NCBI RefSeq assembly: GCF_964355755.1
Contig: NC_092676.1
Coordinates: forward strand, 8,347,888-8,411,887
Origin: Antedon mediterranea
Taxonomy: Eukaryota; Animalia; Echinodermata
DNA length: 64,000 nt
Direction: 5' to 3'
How positions within the stretch are numbered: the first letter of the stretch is position 1; each line of letters opens with the position of its first letter. The position numbers and the translations under genes were made by a program. The notes under the pieces were generated by a model that saw only the letters and a program-made list of their open reading frames with translations, was not told where the DNA came from and did no database searches. This document shows positions 40,126-53,075 of the stretch, one piece after another.

Positions 40126-40769
40126 CAGCGAGGTGTATTATGAATTTCATTATTTCAAAGGCTTAGCCTATATTTGAATAGTCCCATTTATCATTGATGC
40201 CTAATGATTATGTTGCTCTTCGTATTTCGCTTGAATTGATGGGTTGAGTTTAAAAGCAAATTTAAAAAAGAAATTCCAGCTGTCGATAGTATGGTATAAA
40301 ATCTGAAGTTGCCAATAAAACCATTGACAAAATGATTCTAAGTGCCGTATCTCATAATATTTGTTCTGTATCATATCAAATTCCGTAATACGCCTGTATC
40401 ACAGATTCTACCTATAGTTCTTAACTTAACCTTCCACGATAGAGGCATGACATGTGATACTGTATTACAGAATTGCCCATGACACTAGAAAAATATTTTG
40501 TGGAGATAAAGCACTGAGAATCATGTTGGTAATGCTTTTATTGACAACCCCCGATTTATATTATATTGATTGGAATGTTTTATAATAGTATACCTGTAAA
40601 TGAACAAATTATAAATTCTCAAATATGAGCTTCATTACCCGATCAAAATATCTCACCCAATTTTTATTTTTTTAATAAATTTTTTTTACGATACGCAGAA
40701 ATACAATACGTTTCAATTATACGACCCTGAAAATGAATATTAATCTACAGTTAATATTAATATATTTAA

Positions 40770-41165
40770 ATTGTGTATGCCTATAGTTTATAATCCAAAT
40801 TATGTATGCCTATAGTTTATAATCCAAATTAGGTAGACCTTAATATCCAAATTATGTAGGCCTTAATAATCCAAATTATGTAGGCCTTAATAATCCAAAT
40901 TATGTAGGCCTTAATATCCAAATTATGTAGGCCTTAATCATCCAAATTGTGTAGGCCTTAATATCCAAATTGTGTAGGCCTTAATAATCCAAATTGTGTA
41001 GGCCTTAATCTCCAAATTATGTAGGCCTTAATAATCCAAATTATCTAGGCCTTAATATTCCAAATTGTGTAGGCCTTAATAATCCAAATTATGTAGGCCC
41101 TAATAATCAAAATTATAGGCCTTAATAATCCAAATTATGTAGGCCTTAATAATCCAAATTGTGTA
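40770..41165. repeat. Minisatellite, ~22-24-bp unit (taatccaaattatgtaggccttaa)
   Basis: About 16 degenerate tandem copies. Confidence 0.92.
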
Positions 41166-41655
41166 CTACTGCAAATAATGCATATTCGCCAAGTGATGGT
41201 GAAGTGATTATCACGATGCATTTTGGCTTCATGCGTCGAATGCTCTAGCTGATCAGGTACGGTACGTACACCAACAACATTGTTTCACTTAGTAAGTGCA
41301 ATAAATAATTACGCAATTACTCCTTGCAATGTTTTATATTATGTCATACTCATCATTCTCATATGCTACAATGACCCTAATTGAGTTTAATAGTGTTATG
41401 ACATATTCTACAAGTCAATCACGTGTCGTTTGGTTGCTTGTGAATTTATTACTCAAGCATTATTATAAAAGGTTCAGTACAAGTTTAGCGGCTTAATAAT
41501 TCATTTTTCCGACGTTAAGCTTTAGTTTGTTTCCATTTTTGTCTAGAGAAGGATGTGACTTAGATGTTGTTAAATGAAAAGAAAGATTAAGAATGTCATA
41601 AATAAAGGTTTTTGGTTAGAACAACATAATAAATCAATCAAACGCTATACTTGGA

Positions 41656-41699
41656 AAAATCTAAATAATGCCCACCAGAGGGCGCATTATTTAGATTTT
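41656..41699 (+). promoter_or_regulatory. CTCF-consensus motif inside a 16-bp inverted repeat
   Basis: CCACCAGAGGGCGC (41672-41685) between AAAATCTAAATAATGC and GCATTATTTAGATTTT. Confidence 0.45.
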
Positions 41700-44305
41700 A
41701 ACCAATATTGAAGATACAGATAACTCGAGATTTTAATCAGCCTTTGTGACGTCAAAATATTTATATGTTCCTGGAAACCAATAGACATGCAAGTATATAG
41801 CTATATACAAACAAAATTAGATAAGAGGACTTGAAATGTTATCATACAAACATAGGCCTATACTAAGAAATCAAATTGGTATTTTGACAAGTAATAATAG
41901 ACAATTTGAATTGTTGGAATTATTGAATTACAGTTTGTTTTATCACAATAATTGCTAAACCAACATTTTAAAAATAACCTAATAATAAGAATTGAAGATG
42001 ACCTACGCTAAACGTAGGTTTCGTACTCATCTCTTGACTGGGATTGTATATATACACTCATTATTATATTATTATTGTAGCTGCTGATTATACCTTGGTC
42101 AGTTGATTTGCCCTACTCTGACGTAATGTGTACTTTTGTACTTACTAAAGTACCTAGTAAAAGTACAAATTAGGTCAAAGTAGGGAAAAACATCTGACCA
42201 ATTATGCTTGGTTTCCACTAGAGACGCAACGCAAGGGCGCAACGAAACACAAGCGATGAATCATTCGAACTGTCGCTTGTCATTAGTCAATTCGCTTGCG
42301 TTGCGTCTACGTCCTCGGGTGGCGTCTCTAGTGGGAACCAAGCTCTACTCAACTCCCTGACAACGCACAAAGCTACTCCACAGTAGTTAAATACAATTAC
42401 AACCCTGATACTATACTACTGTACTACTATACAAAGCAAAGTTATCAATGTATTTATAGAAAGATCATACACTTGTTATAAGGTTTAAGTTTACAGGCAG
42501 AAATTCTCTCAAATAATTGGCAATATGCCTTCTCAACTGCGGTTTTCTTTTTTTTTCTAAAGCTTGATCACACTTACAGTACGCTTTTCATTGGTCAACT
42601 CGCTTGCGATGCGTTTTACCTCCTTGCCTTGCGTCCTAGTGGGAACCAATCAATCATGTTTTTTATTCTGAAAAAAATATTGGCCTAAAGCTTGGTTCCC
42701 ACTAAGACCCAACGCAAGGACGTAACGCAACGCGCAGTGATTTGACCAATCAAAAGCGATGGATTAATCGAACAATCGCGTGTGATTGATCAATTCGCTC
42801 TGTGGGAACCAAGCTTTAAATTACAATACAAATAGTATAAAAACACAAAAGAGTACAAAAGGCCTGCTAATTGTTATTGTTCTCATATAAAACAATATGG
42901 CAAGAGAAAATAATAATATCTATAGAAAATATCATTGTGGTAATTTATTATTTTCGAGATCTGGAAAAAGAAAAGGATCACAACTTCTTTATATGAATCG
43001 TAAGTATTTTCCCTCCATTTGGTACGCATATTATCATTTACGTTTGTTTGATATTAAATTTTATGTGAAGCCATAACTAACGATTTTCGATCTTTCAGTA
43101 GCATCAAAGTAATTATAAAGTACAAGGGTTTGTTTGTTAAAACGTAGGCCTTTATTTTCAGATGATAATGGCAACATTAATTATTATATTAACGTTGAAG
43201 ATGCACCGACGATGACAGGAGTGATGCGTAAATAGCGTTACCATGGTTATTCAAGATTGATTAGCGTATGCTGTGTTGTAAATGAATCAAATATTTTATC
43301 TTTTATGTTTCCAGGTGCACACCAACCGACAATTAAGCAAAATCCTTGAATGATAGCGGTGGCAACAAGAAACGAATACAAGTAACCATGGAAACCAGTT
43401 ATGCATACAATAGATAATGAATTTGTTGGGATATTGGTAGTTAAAGAGAAATACATGTAAATCATTATCTAGGATCAACTTGTAATGCTTCACTCATTAT
43501 AGTAGTACTATTGTATGGATCTATCTCTAGGAAGTATTAATTGTGCCTTAATACCTTGCAGCAGTTATAGATGTACACAAGAAAAAAATTATTTTCATAA
43601 CTAGACTACGCATGAAAATCTAGAATACGCCGTAAATCAATGATTACACGGAACTCTTTGACGTACCCGACATTTTACATTGCTTCAGAAATGATTACAA
43701 CAATTGATGTTCTTTGAAGAAAAACAAAGATGAGTATACCTGTTTCATATTGGATTTCGAATAATGGATTAACAACCTTCTTAAATGAAACACCTTATAC
43801 TACTATTTTGTAGGCAGAAAATAAACCTTCTGGCGCCAAACCAGTGAAACGTCATTGGCGAACAGGAGTTTACAACTCTCACAAAAGGGGCTTACATGAA
43901 AACAATAAGATGTTTGCAGTAGGACTAGTTGTTTTCAGCTAATTGTTGTACACGTAGAGGTTATTTCATTTGCAAGAGAGAACGATTGTCTCAGATTTTA
44001 TCATATAGAAATATTTATTTATAAAAACAAAAAATGATATGTAAATGTTTAGTGTTGCTGAACCTTTACAGAAAGTTCTGCAATTTTATCACATATTAAA
44101 ACGGTTAATAAAAATCAGACAATCCGTTCCAAAAGAGGAGAAACATAACAAAAGGCGTCGTGTCTGCCAAATGGTAATTCTGTTATTCATTATCGAAATG
44201 CTCAAGAAACAATGCCGGAAATCTAAATTGGTGACATATTACTTTGTCATTGACGTCAACAAAGACAAATCTTGGAACAGTAAATAAACTTTGGACAAAT
44301 GCAAG

Positions 44306-45397
44306 ATGAAAGAGCTATTAGGTATCATCTTCCAGATGATTGTTCTAATGACGTTATGGTTGATATCTGTTATTGGTAACTCGCTTGTGCTGACCGTTGT
44401 CTTTCGTAGCAAACGTCTTCAAAGCACCACCAATTATTTTGTCGTGTCTCTCGCTTTAACCGATATGGTGATGACGATTTTTTGTATGCCTTTTATTGGA
44501 ACCAGAATTGTGAGTCAGCAGTGGATCATAAAAGAAGCTCTTTGCAAATGGACACGATTTGTCGAATATGTTGTACCTAGCGTCACCGCTTTCATACTAA
44601 TTGCCATCTCAACTGATAGATTTTACACAATAATTTATCCATTGACTTTTAAGATAACTCGAGGCATCGCGAAGAGACTTATACTCTTAAGTTGGCTTTT
44701 TGCTGTTTTGTTATCCTGTCCATCATTCTTCACAACATACACGCACACTGACAGCGAAAAAAATGAAACCTTCTGTTCTATATGTTCAGCTGAACCTGGT
44801 GGAAGGTCTTTTATTTTAGGATTATTTTTAATGACGTATGTGTTTCCTGGGATAATGGTGGTTTCAATTTATTGCAAAGTGGTCAGTTATATATGGACGG
44901 TTGGTGGTGGTGCTCGAACGTTTCAAAGAACATCCAATACTATACCAAGAGCCAAAGTAAAAACCGTAAAAATGTTAATTTTTGTAACGATAGTGCACTT
45001 TTTCTCATGGCTGCCATTGTTTTTCGTTCAGATAACTCGAGCGTTTGATGAAGATGCTTGTGTTGTAAAGACATCTATGTATGTGGGTACAGTACTGTTA
45101 GCATATGCACCGAGTGCGTCTAACGTTGCCATATATTCTTATTATAACTCGAACTTTCGCCGTGGTTGTAAAGAAGTGTTTTGTATGTCGACTATACGAT
45201 GCCAAAGAGGAGAAACGTACGCCATAACAAAGGCATCACGGCTGCGAAAGAGCAACTCTGTTATACCATTATCGAGCAGCTCAGTAGAAACGGACGTTAC
45301 GAATTCATCGTACATTCGATTTGACAGAACTGCAAATGGTGATTGTAACATTGCTTGGCCATTGACGTCAACTGGATCTAACAACACGTATGTTTAA
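44306..45397 (+). CDS. GPR19: Class A orphan GPCR, GPR19 orthologue, single coding exon, 363 aa from the first ATG
   Basis: Seven TM segments. GNSLV...RSKRLQSTTNYFVVS, DRFYTIIYPLTFKITR, PRAKVKTVKM, YNSNFRRGCKEVFCMS and the C-terminal AWPL...NTYV match GPR19 as recalled. The ORF-track start at 44291 is TTG; the first ATG is 44306. Confidence 0.92.
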   Translation: MKELLGIIFQMIVLMTLWLISVIGNSLVLTVVFRSKRLQSTTNYFVVSLALTDMVMTIFCMPFIGTRIVSQQWIIKEALCKWTRFVEYVVPSVTAFILIAISTDRFYTIIYPLTFKITRGIAKRLILLSWLFAVLLSCPSFFTTYTHTDSEKNETFCSICSAEPGGRSFILGLFLMTYVFPGIMVVSIYCKVVSYIWTVGGGARTFQRTSNTIPRAKVKTVKMLIFVTIVHFFSWLPLFFVQITRAFDEDACVVKTSMYVGTVLLAYAPSASNVAIYSYYNSNFRRGCKEVFCMSTIRCQRGETYAITKASRLRKSNSVIPLSSSSVETDVTNSSYIRFDRTANGDCNIAWPLTSTGSNNTYV

Positions 45398-47633
45398 TGT
45401 TCCAAAATTTACTTTATACTAAAAGCTGAAACTTGTTACACAATTATATGCTTAGATTAACTGCAGAAAATCTTTTTGAAATACTATAATAGGCGCAAAT
45501 TTGAAATCCACGATGGCGGTCAAAATAGTTTCGAGAAATATTTACCCCCAATTGCAATAAATCAAAAAATAAATTTTAAATCTTAATTTGAGTATTAAAT
45601 CTCATAGAATTACATTAGGTTCCTCACTTCTATGCGAATGTACGGTACATGATGGGCCAGCACAAATGGGTCACAACAATAACATTTAACTTTGCCACTC
45701 CTTGAATTTAACGAAAAGTCGGTTGCTGACATTAAATGTAAACATTAAATAAAATAGTTATATAAGCAAAATATTCTTTATGAAATGAATAATATTTTTA
45801 ATTAGTTAGTGTTGTAAAATATTTTCCATGTTCCTGAACAATTGATAATATTTTGTAAACGTGCTATGCATTAGAACAGCATAATAATAATAAAAAAATT
45901 ACGGCACGTAACAAGAAAAATTACAAAATAAACAAAACATTTATATCGATGTGTACACTGCTATAGGCATAAAATTAGGTTGAGGTGACGTCATTACAAT
46001 TATTGATAATCAATATATTATTGTTTATGTTGCTCTCGGCATTTCGAAAAACATGCCTAACAATACATAAAGAATTATATTGTTGACTTTATTTTCCGTC
46101 TGATACAACAAATACATTTGTCAAAATGTTTTTATTATTATTTGTTTATATAATTATTGATAGTCTACTTACTAAGTAATGCTGTTTTATGAATAAGTGT
46201 AATTTGGTTTCAAATTGATGCTGTCCTATGTATCATGGATAATAAAATGTTTAATCTTTAATTCACGAGGGACAATAGGAATCAAACTGAATGTTATTTT
46301 AAGAAACATGTTTTTGGTTACCAGAACAATTTTATTGTAGATCTCTAATTTAAGGTCAAGCAGTGTGACCAATATGGTGATGATGGCAGGAGTAGCAGTG
46401 TTCTTGCACAGAACACTGCTGCAGTAATAGAAGAGAACAAAGGAAGAATAACCATGTGTTGATCTGTGCCTGCGTGGCTAAATAAATTGAATTGACTGCA
46501 GAATGTCTTAAGAAGACAGTTATTGCAGAATAGGGAGATTAGGCATGATATAACCAGAGAAAACAGACTATCAGAAGAAGTACGATGTTGATAAGGCATA
46601 CATGCTTTTTTTTAAATTTTCATTTCTGCGTTGCTAAGGAAAATCCATTACAATGGACAAGGACTGTCTGTAGCGTCAACATGACATAATATATGCATTA
46701 AGTTATCGTACTCGTTATAATTAAATGGACTTTGATTTATAATTAAACAATGATGCTTATAATGGCAAAGATAGAAGACTGGTAATGATGATTTATATTA
46801 TGGGATGGAAATACATCACTGTATTGTTAATCGTCTTAAATGTTTAAGTAATGTCTTAGTTCAATGTAGTATGTCTGTAGTTAACTGATCGATTGAAGTT
46901 CGATTGAGTTTAACATTTCAGTAAGTAAGTAGCCTACGTGTCTAGCGCAATATGTTTAAGCGCACGTACACACCAGGGTTTATTGAACTACGCGTTTACG
47001 TATCAAAGTGTTTTTGCTGCTTTTTAATTCATCTAAAGCTCTGTCTACACTATCAAACTATTTGTGACTAAGTGTGATGTGCCCAAATATGATAGTGATA
47101 TGACATCATCGTGTCCATTTTTTGTCACATAAAGTTTGATATAGTAGACAGCGCTTAAGTTGCACAAGTTCTAGTTGGTTCACACTAGACGTTTTTCCAG
47201 TGTAGTACAATTTGTATTCAATAACTATTCTATGTTTTATGATAATGACGTCATAATTGACACTATATGATTTGGAAAATATATTTTGATGAGAAATGCA
47301 TTAAAAAATGTATCCAAAAGCAGTTATTGTTTTTAGTATTCGTGTCCTTCTATTAATTCGGATCCAAATAAAATTATTTCAAGAAAATATTAGGCCTAAT
47401 GAATGATGTGCTGTTTAAATGAAAACATTTCATCTTGTAGGCCTAGTTAAAGTTAATTTTCCACAGCTCGTGCAACAGCAGAGTTTAATTAAAATTACCG
47501 CATCAGCTTAGCACGCACGGTATAAATAAGAAATAGATTATGATTTCATTTTGGCAACCGATATGCACATCATAAGGACGTCAAGGCATGATCAATGTCA
47601 AGTAATCATGTTAAGCAGCCATATGCAAATATT

Positions 47634-47852
47634 AAAGGCCAACACAGACAGCATCGTACGACGAGACCCGACTAACGAAACGTCTCGCCGGTGCTGTCTG
47701 AGTTGAATCCCGACGAGACGAGCCGTTTTGAAATAGCGTCGGGCGTAGTTTTTAGGTCGTCGGGAGAACTGTAAACATGTTTCATATTCTCCCGACGAGA
47801 CGACTCATCATCGGGCCTCGTCGTATATACGACGCTGTCTGAGTTGGCCTTA
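47634..47852. mobile_element. Palindromic Harbinger-like MITE (AGGCCAAC.CAGACAGC...GCTGTCTGAGTTGGCCT)
   Basis: TIRs with TAA/TTA flanks; an older copy at ~371-583. Confidence 0.7.
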
Positions 47853-48048
47853 GACATATAATTTGTTTTTTTTATGCCAATGCAATGTAATCATAAAGTA
47901 ATTTATTTTAAACCTTAAAAGTATATAGGGCCTATTGCATTTGGTTCATTGGTTGAACTATTGCATGCGGGGGACCTGGGTTCAATTCCCTATTTATGCT
48001 GATTCGGTTGTATTTATTATGACAAACCAGTATTTATGGCAACGTATT

Positions 48049-48123
48049 GCACCTGTGGTTCAGTGGTAGAATCCCCACCCTGTCATGCGGGAAACCCGTG
48101 TTCGGTTCGTGGTGGTAGATGCA
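48049..48123 (+). pseudogene. Degenerate tRNA-like sequence (Gly/Asp-like, GTC loop); a second remnant at ~47930-47992
   Basis: TGGTTCAGTGGTAGAAT D-arm and CTGTCAT loop, but a disrupted T-arm. Confidence 0.5.
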
Positions 48124-48299
48124 ATCTTGTTAATTTATTTATAAATTCTATACTTATGCTACCAGGTCATTTTATTCACCAACTATTCACCCTTTGCCTT
48201 TAGTTTTTTTTTCCAAATTACTCGATGGTATGACAACCTCTCCATTTCTTTCGCCATATATAATTGTCATAGTAACCAAGTATGATTGCGTCGCTTTTC

Positions 48300-49070
48300 A
48301 TAATAGAGCTGTCTAATTGAGTAAGGACATTTTTTGATATTGTTAGAGCTTGTGAATAAAGCTTGCGTATACACCAACTCATTATTAGGCCTATCTTGTT
48401 TATTTATACGTTGTTGTAAAATGAAAATTAAACCAGATCCTTGCGGGGCTCTTGGTTCTCGAGTAGATTTTTTTTCCTCAGAGGCTTTACTTTCTCAGAA
48501 AACTCAAGCAAATTAGAGTTGATAACACTAGTTTAATTCTATTTTATCAAAGTATTATTCAAAGTATTTTATCTTTTAGCATTGGATGTTTTTATGGTAA
48601 CTTTACTGAAAATGATAAGAAAAATATTGAGAGACCACGTAACATTGCACAACGTATTATTAAAGCTGATCTAACGCCTTGTTCATTTATCTATGAAAAG
48701 AGTATTTAAAAAAAAGTAAACAATATTATGAAAGACCCCACTCATCCGTTACATTACTGTTAGGCCTATAACTTAAGTAGATCAGGCATTAGGCTACGAC
48801 CTCCAAGAGCAAATCTTTGGTAGAACTAGAAAATCCTTCGTTGTAAATAGCATTCATATTTTTAATTATAATGTAAGACGATAATGCAATTTTTAAATAG
48901 TTTTACATTTTTAACAGTTTTTTTATTTTTAACTTTTTATCTTGTATTTTAATCTGTTTTAAATTGTTGCAACGTTTTTTACGTTTTTTTTTTATTGTTG
49001 TTTTAATCTACCAAGCAAAGTGAATTTCCACTTTTATAGACAAATAAAATTTCTTGAATCTTGAATCTTA
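48300..49070 (+). mobile_element. Decayed LINE 3' end (Rex1/Babar-like)
   Basis: Remnant IMKDPTHPLH...LSRSGIRLR...RTRKSFVVNSIHIFN, T-rich 3' UTR, AATAAA and a (CTTGAAT)n tail. Confidence 0.65.
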
Positions 49071-49736
49071 CATATGTTTCAGATTTCATATCTATCCTTT
49101 GAACACGTGTGATGGCCGTACTTTATTCAGGGAGTTGTTATTAATAACAACTCCCTGCTTTATTGTAATTAGTAAAAGTATGTGGTCCATAACAATTTAC
49201 ATTTAGAACATAATTATTAGTCTGTAATGGTAATAACTGTAACATATAGCGACAAATTATAATGTCGTGTCTTATTTTTCACAAGCATGGTGTTATCATC
49301 TCATTTACATTATACATTGGAGAATAATTAATGAGATGTAGATACGCTACGTATTGCAAATGTCAACGATATTATTTTTTTGTAAAATAAATTAAACTTG
49401 AGAAAAATCTAATTGACATCGAAAAAAAAAACATGAATAGATCAACAAAATACAGTTATATAAATTCAGTACAGTACGGTATCAGAATGGAGTTTCAGCA
49501 TTAGGTCTACTACAAATGGGCCAATCACAATGCTTTCTTCTGGTAGCTAAGTACATTGTATCTCATGTATGTAAGTTTTTTACAGTACAGAGAATCGACT
49601 ATTTGCTAACAACAGCCTATAACTCAAAATATTGAAATGTCTTTGGGCTAGGTGACTCTTAACCAGATAATTGAGTCAAATTAGTTTTCAGGTCACAGAA
49701 AGTGGTCTATGATGGAAAGGGCATACCATTTTTATT

Positions 49737-50407
49737 TAGGTTTTGTATTCATTCAACCTAACTGACAATCAAGGGCCCCCCATGATGAGTTTTTTTAAAA
49801 AACCATATTTAATGAGGGTTATCCATCCAGCTATTGCTGATCATTTGGGACCCTCAGAGGTTCACAAGACAAACATATACACAAGATGCTCTACATAAAC
49901 AAAGTCTTATTACAAGTCTTTGGGAGTGGAGAATTTGGTCCTTAGAAAAAATTCTGACATGTGACAGAACTTGAACCCAGGACCCTTGGAGTGGTAGCCA
50001 AGCATTATAACCACTAAGCCTGAACTCCACTTCATGTTCTTATGATATCTGTCTGTCTGTGACAGTGGCTGTAGGTTTTGTATTCATTCAACCTAACTGA
50101 CAATCAAGGGCCCCCCATGATGAGTTTTTTTAAAAAACCATATTTAATGAGGGTTATCCATCCAGCTATTGCTGATCATTTGGGACCCTCAGAGGTTCAC
50201 AAGACAAACATATACACAAGATGCTCTACATAAACAAAGTCTTATTACAAGTCTTTGGGAGTGGAGAATTTGGTCCTTAGAAAAAATTCTGACATGTGAC
50301 AGAACTTGAACCCAGGACCCTTGGAGTGGTAGCCAAGCATTATAACCACTAAGCCTGAACTCCACTTCATGTTCTTATGATATCTGTCTGTCTGTGACAG
50401 TGGCTGT
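49737..50407. repeat. Tandem duplication of 335 bp, each unit carrying a minus-strand tRNA-SINE
   Basis: 49737-50071 and 50072-50407 appear identical by eye. Confidence 0.92.
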
Positions 50408-51171
50408 GTGTACACTAGTACATCGAGGTAACCCCTACTCGTCTCGAAAGATGTGCACATGAGCCTGATGTGTACACTAGACCAACGGTTTATATTAGAA
50501 GCGGCCTCATTCTACCTTGCCGATCAGTGTTATCCCACAATTATTATGCTTCTTGAACAAAAGTATATTACTTTTGTTTCTTGAAATTAAATGTTTAATT
50601 CTTTCAATGCAATTTTACTAAGTTTTCTCAACATAAATTCATTACAATTACATTAAATGATATAATGAAAATATTCTCACAACAAGAAATGATTATAGGC
50701 CTATATGCTATATTATAATTTATTGCACAATATTTAGTCAAAGGTAAAATGTTAATTCTAATATAAGAGTTATCGTAGTATGCTGTTCATAAATTTACAT
50801 ATAATAATATCTCTTTTAAAGTAATAATTAATATATCGCTAAGTAAGTACGAACTTGTCTTGAAAAAAAAACCACAGAGGGCGTCAAACAGCAGAAAGTA
50901 TACTCTGTAACAATCCGAAGGTCTTGCTTAACTTATTACTGTCGGATAAATTATTTTAACAACTATAAACTAAAGAGTTTATATTATAACCAATAAGTTA
51001 GGCCTACTGATATATAACACTGAACAAAACATAACGATGCATTAGAAGCCCTGTAAACAATTGACAAAAGTGCATGTTAAATTATTTGGATATGATCAGT
51101 TTATAAGTCGCTCTTGAATAGAATACAATTTATTTTTTTTACATTGTACATTAATTACAGTGCGCAGTATA

Positions 51172-51209
<38 letters not shown>

Positions 51210-51451
51210 TACATATATAAACAAATCAGGCACAGAACATTAATTCTAAACCGCCCGGTGATATACTGAAATTTAATTAATTAATTTGAAACGATAAAGA
51301 TGAGGAAATCTGTGAGAATGAGAAAAAGTCGTACGGCGGAACAGCACTAGTCCTCAGCGTGCGTACAACTGAGGACTAGTGCTGTTCCGCCGTACCACGC
51401 TGAGAATGTTAAAGAGTCGCTATCCAATCGAGTTCGAACAATACCATGAAA

Positions 51452-51523
51452 GCCCCAGTGGTCTAATGGTTAGGACATCTGCATATCAAGCAGGCGGTCC
51501 GAGTTTGAGTCTCGGTTGGGGCG
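51452..51523 (+). tRNA. tRNA-like cloverleaf, anticodon ATC, copy 1 (T-loop TTTGAGT)
   Basis: Same as the 51816-51887 copy except one C>T change in the B box. Confidence 0.45.
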
Positions 51524-51815
51524 ACTTTTTCTCATTCTCACAGATTTCCTCATCTTTATCGTTTCAAATTAATTAATTAAATTTCAGTATATCACCGGGC
51601 GGTTTAGAATTAATGTTCTGTGCCTGATTTGTTTATATATATAAAAGTATCTCTTCTGAGATCCCGCCTCGTGAATAAAAATACTGTAAGATGAGGGCGT
51701 ATCAATTTGATCTCTGGTGCGCGTGCGTACAACTGAGGACTAGCGCTGTTCCGCCGTACCACGCCGAGAATGTTAAAGAGTCGCTATCCAATCGAGTTCG
51801 AACAATACCATGAAA

Positions 51816-51887
51816 GCCCCAGTGGTCTAATGGTTAGGACATCTGCATATCAAGCAGGCGGTCCGAGTTCGAGTCTCGGTTGGGGCG
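51816..51887 (+). tRNA. tRNA-like cloverleaf, anticodon ATC (Asp-like), probably repeat-borne
   Basis: Acceptor GCCCCAG/TTGGGGC, D-stem GTCT/GGAC, anticodon stem TCTGC/GCAGG with loop ATATCAA, T-arm CCGAG-TTCGAGT-CTCGG, followed by ACTTTTT (Pol III terminator-like). Confidence 0.55.
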
Positions 51888-53075
51888 ACTTTTTCTCATT
51901 CTCACAGATTTCCTCATCTTTATCGTTTCAAATTATATACATATTATATATGTATGTACTCAGGTTGAAATTTTCAGACCGTTTTTATTTATATATGTAT
52001 GTATATATATAAATCCAAAGGCAAATTACTGAAAAAATGACAATGCTGTGGGTATCAGTGGCTGGATCTCAATGGAGATACAAAAATAAAAAGCGAAAAG
52101 CTAAATTGTATGTATATATATATATATGTTCATTAAGCGATCATTCCACCAAGTCATTTATTTCTTGTTCTGAAAAATATTGCGATTTCATAGCGAACAC
52201 GCATAACGTATTCATTTATCAACATGACATGCTGCAATTGTATCGACGAGGAAAATCAAGCAAAGTTAGCCACGTACGTCAGATCCTGGGACATTGGACA
52301 TGGTCGGCTCATAGCGATTTCTACACTATTTTTGCTGGGTGAATTCGCTTAACATGTTGATTTCTGGTGGATAATGTCTTGTTCTTCGGTATAAGAAAAT
52401 AGATGTATTAACTGCATTAAAAATCTAAAGGAAGAAGAAGTACACTTTGTTATTGATGTTAGAAGTTAGACTAAAACTATAATACTCTGGCCTAAAATTC
52501 GTTCGCTTTTTCAGTTTTTATTCTAAACTTGAGTGTGACGACGGTAGGATCTATTCAACTATACGATGAATACTTAATTCATGACACGGCTGCGGAGTTC
52601 TATTGTTAGTAAGCTTGTTGGTATAATCATAGTGAAGCATATTGTCCATTGGTTCAAGTTTTAATAAAATCTAGAGAACACTTTGTCGTATTTTTTTTCA
52701 TTTAATATATTCGTCTCATTCAAGCATTCGTCTCATTCAAATACATATACAGTAATACAAAGAAAAACAAAGAGACATGGAATCCAAAAAGTGAACTTAA
52801 TCAACTATTAAGTGGACTACATTTATCTACTTATCAATCAAAAGATCTATCCACTAAGGCTCTGTCTGCACTATAAAACTTTATGTGACAAAAAATGCGA
52901 TGTACCCATGGACATGTTGATGTCATATCACTATTGTAGGCATATCACTACCATATTTGGGCACATCACACTTTTTTTGTCAAACTGGTTTGATAGTGAG
53001 ACAGAGCTTAAGATTCCTTCCAATATACAATTACATAATGTATTACCTTAAATTGTAAGGTTATTTGTGAAATTG

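Larger units (their letters stand above)
51215..51935 (+). mobile_element. (TA)n-associated repeat with an internal tRNA-like unit: two tandem copies (364-bp period) plus an inverted fragment
   Basis: 51358-51570 is repeated at 51721-51934. 51215-51331 is the reverse complement of 51522-51640. The 3' part recurs at 58897-59010. Bounded by TA microsatellites. Confidence 0.75.

Noticed and set aside
41993-42035. Second hammerhead-like fold on the minus strand (GAAAC-stem-GUC)
   Set aside because: The core reads GAGAUGA instead of CUGANGA and stem II is essentially absent.
44045-44287. 80-aa ORF in frame with GPR19 (possible readthrough N-terminus)
   Set aside because: Separated by TAA, and its composition is unlike a GPCR ectodomain; no evidence for readthrough.
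51379-52012. Duplicated short ORFs (MLKSRYPIEFEQ...)
   Set aside because: Chance translations across the tRNA-like repeat.
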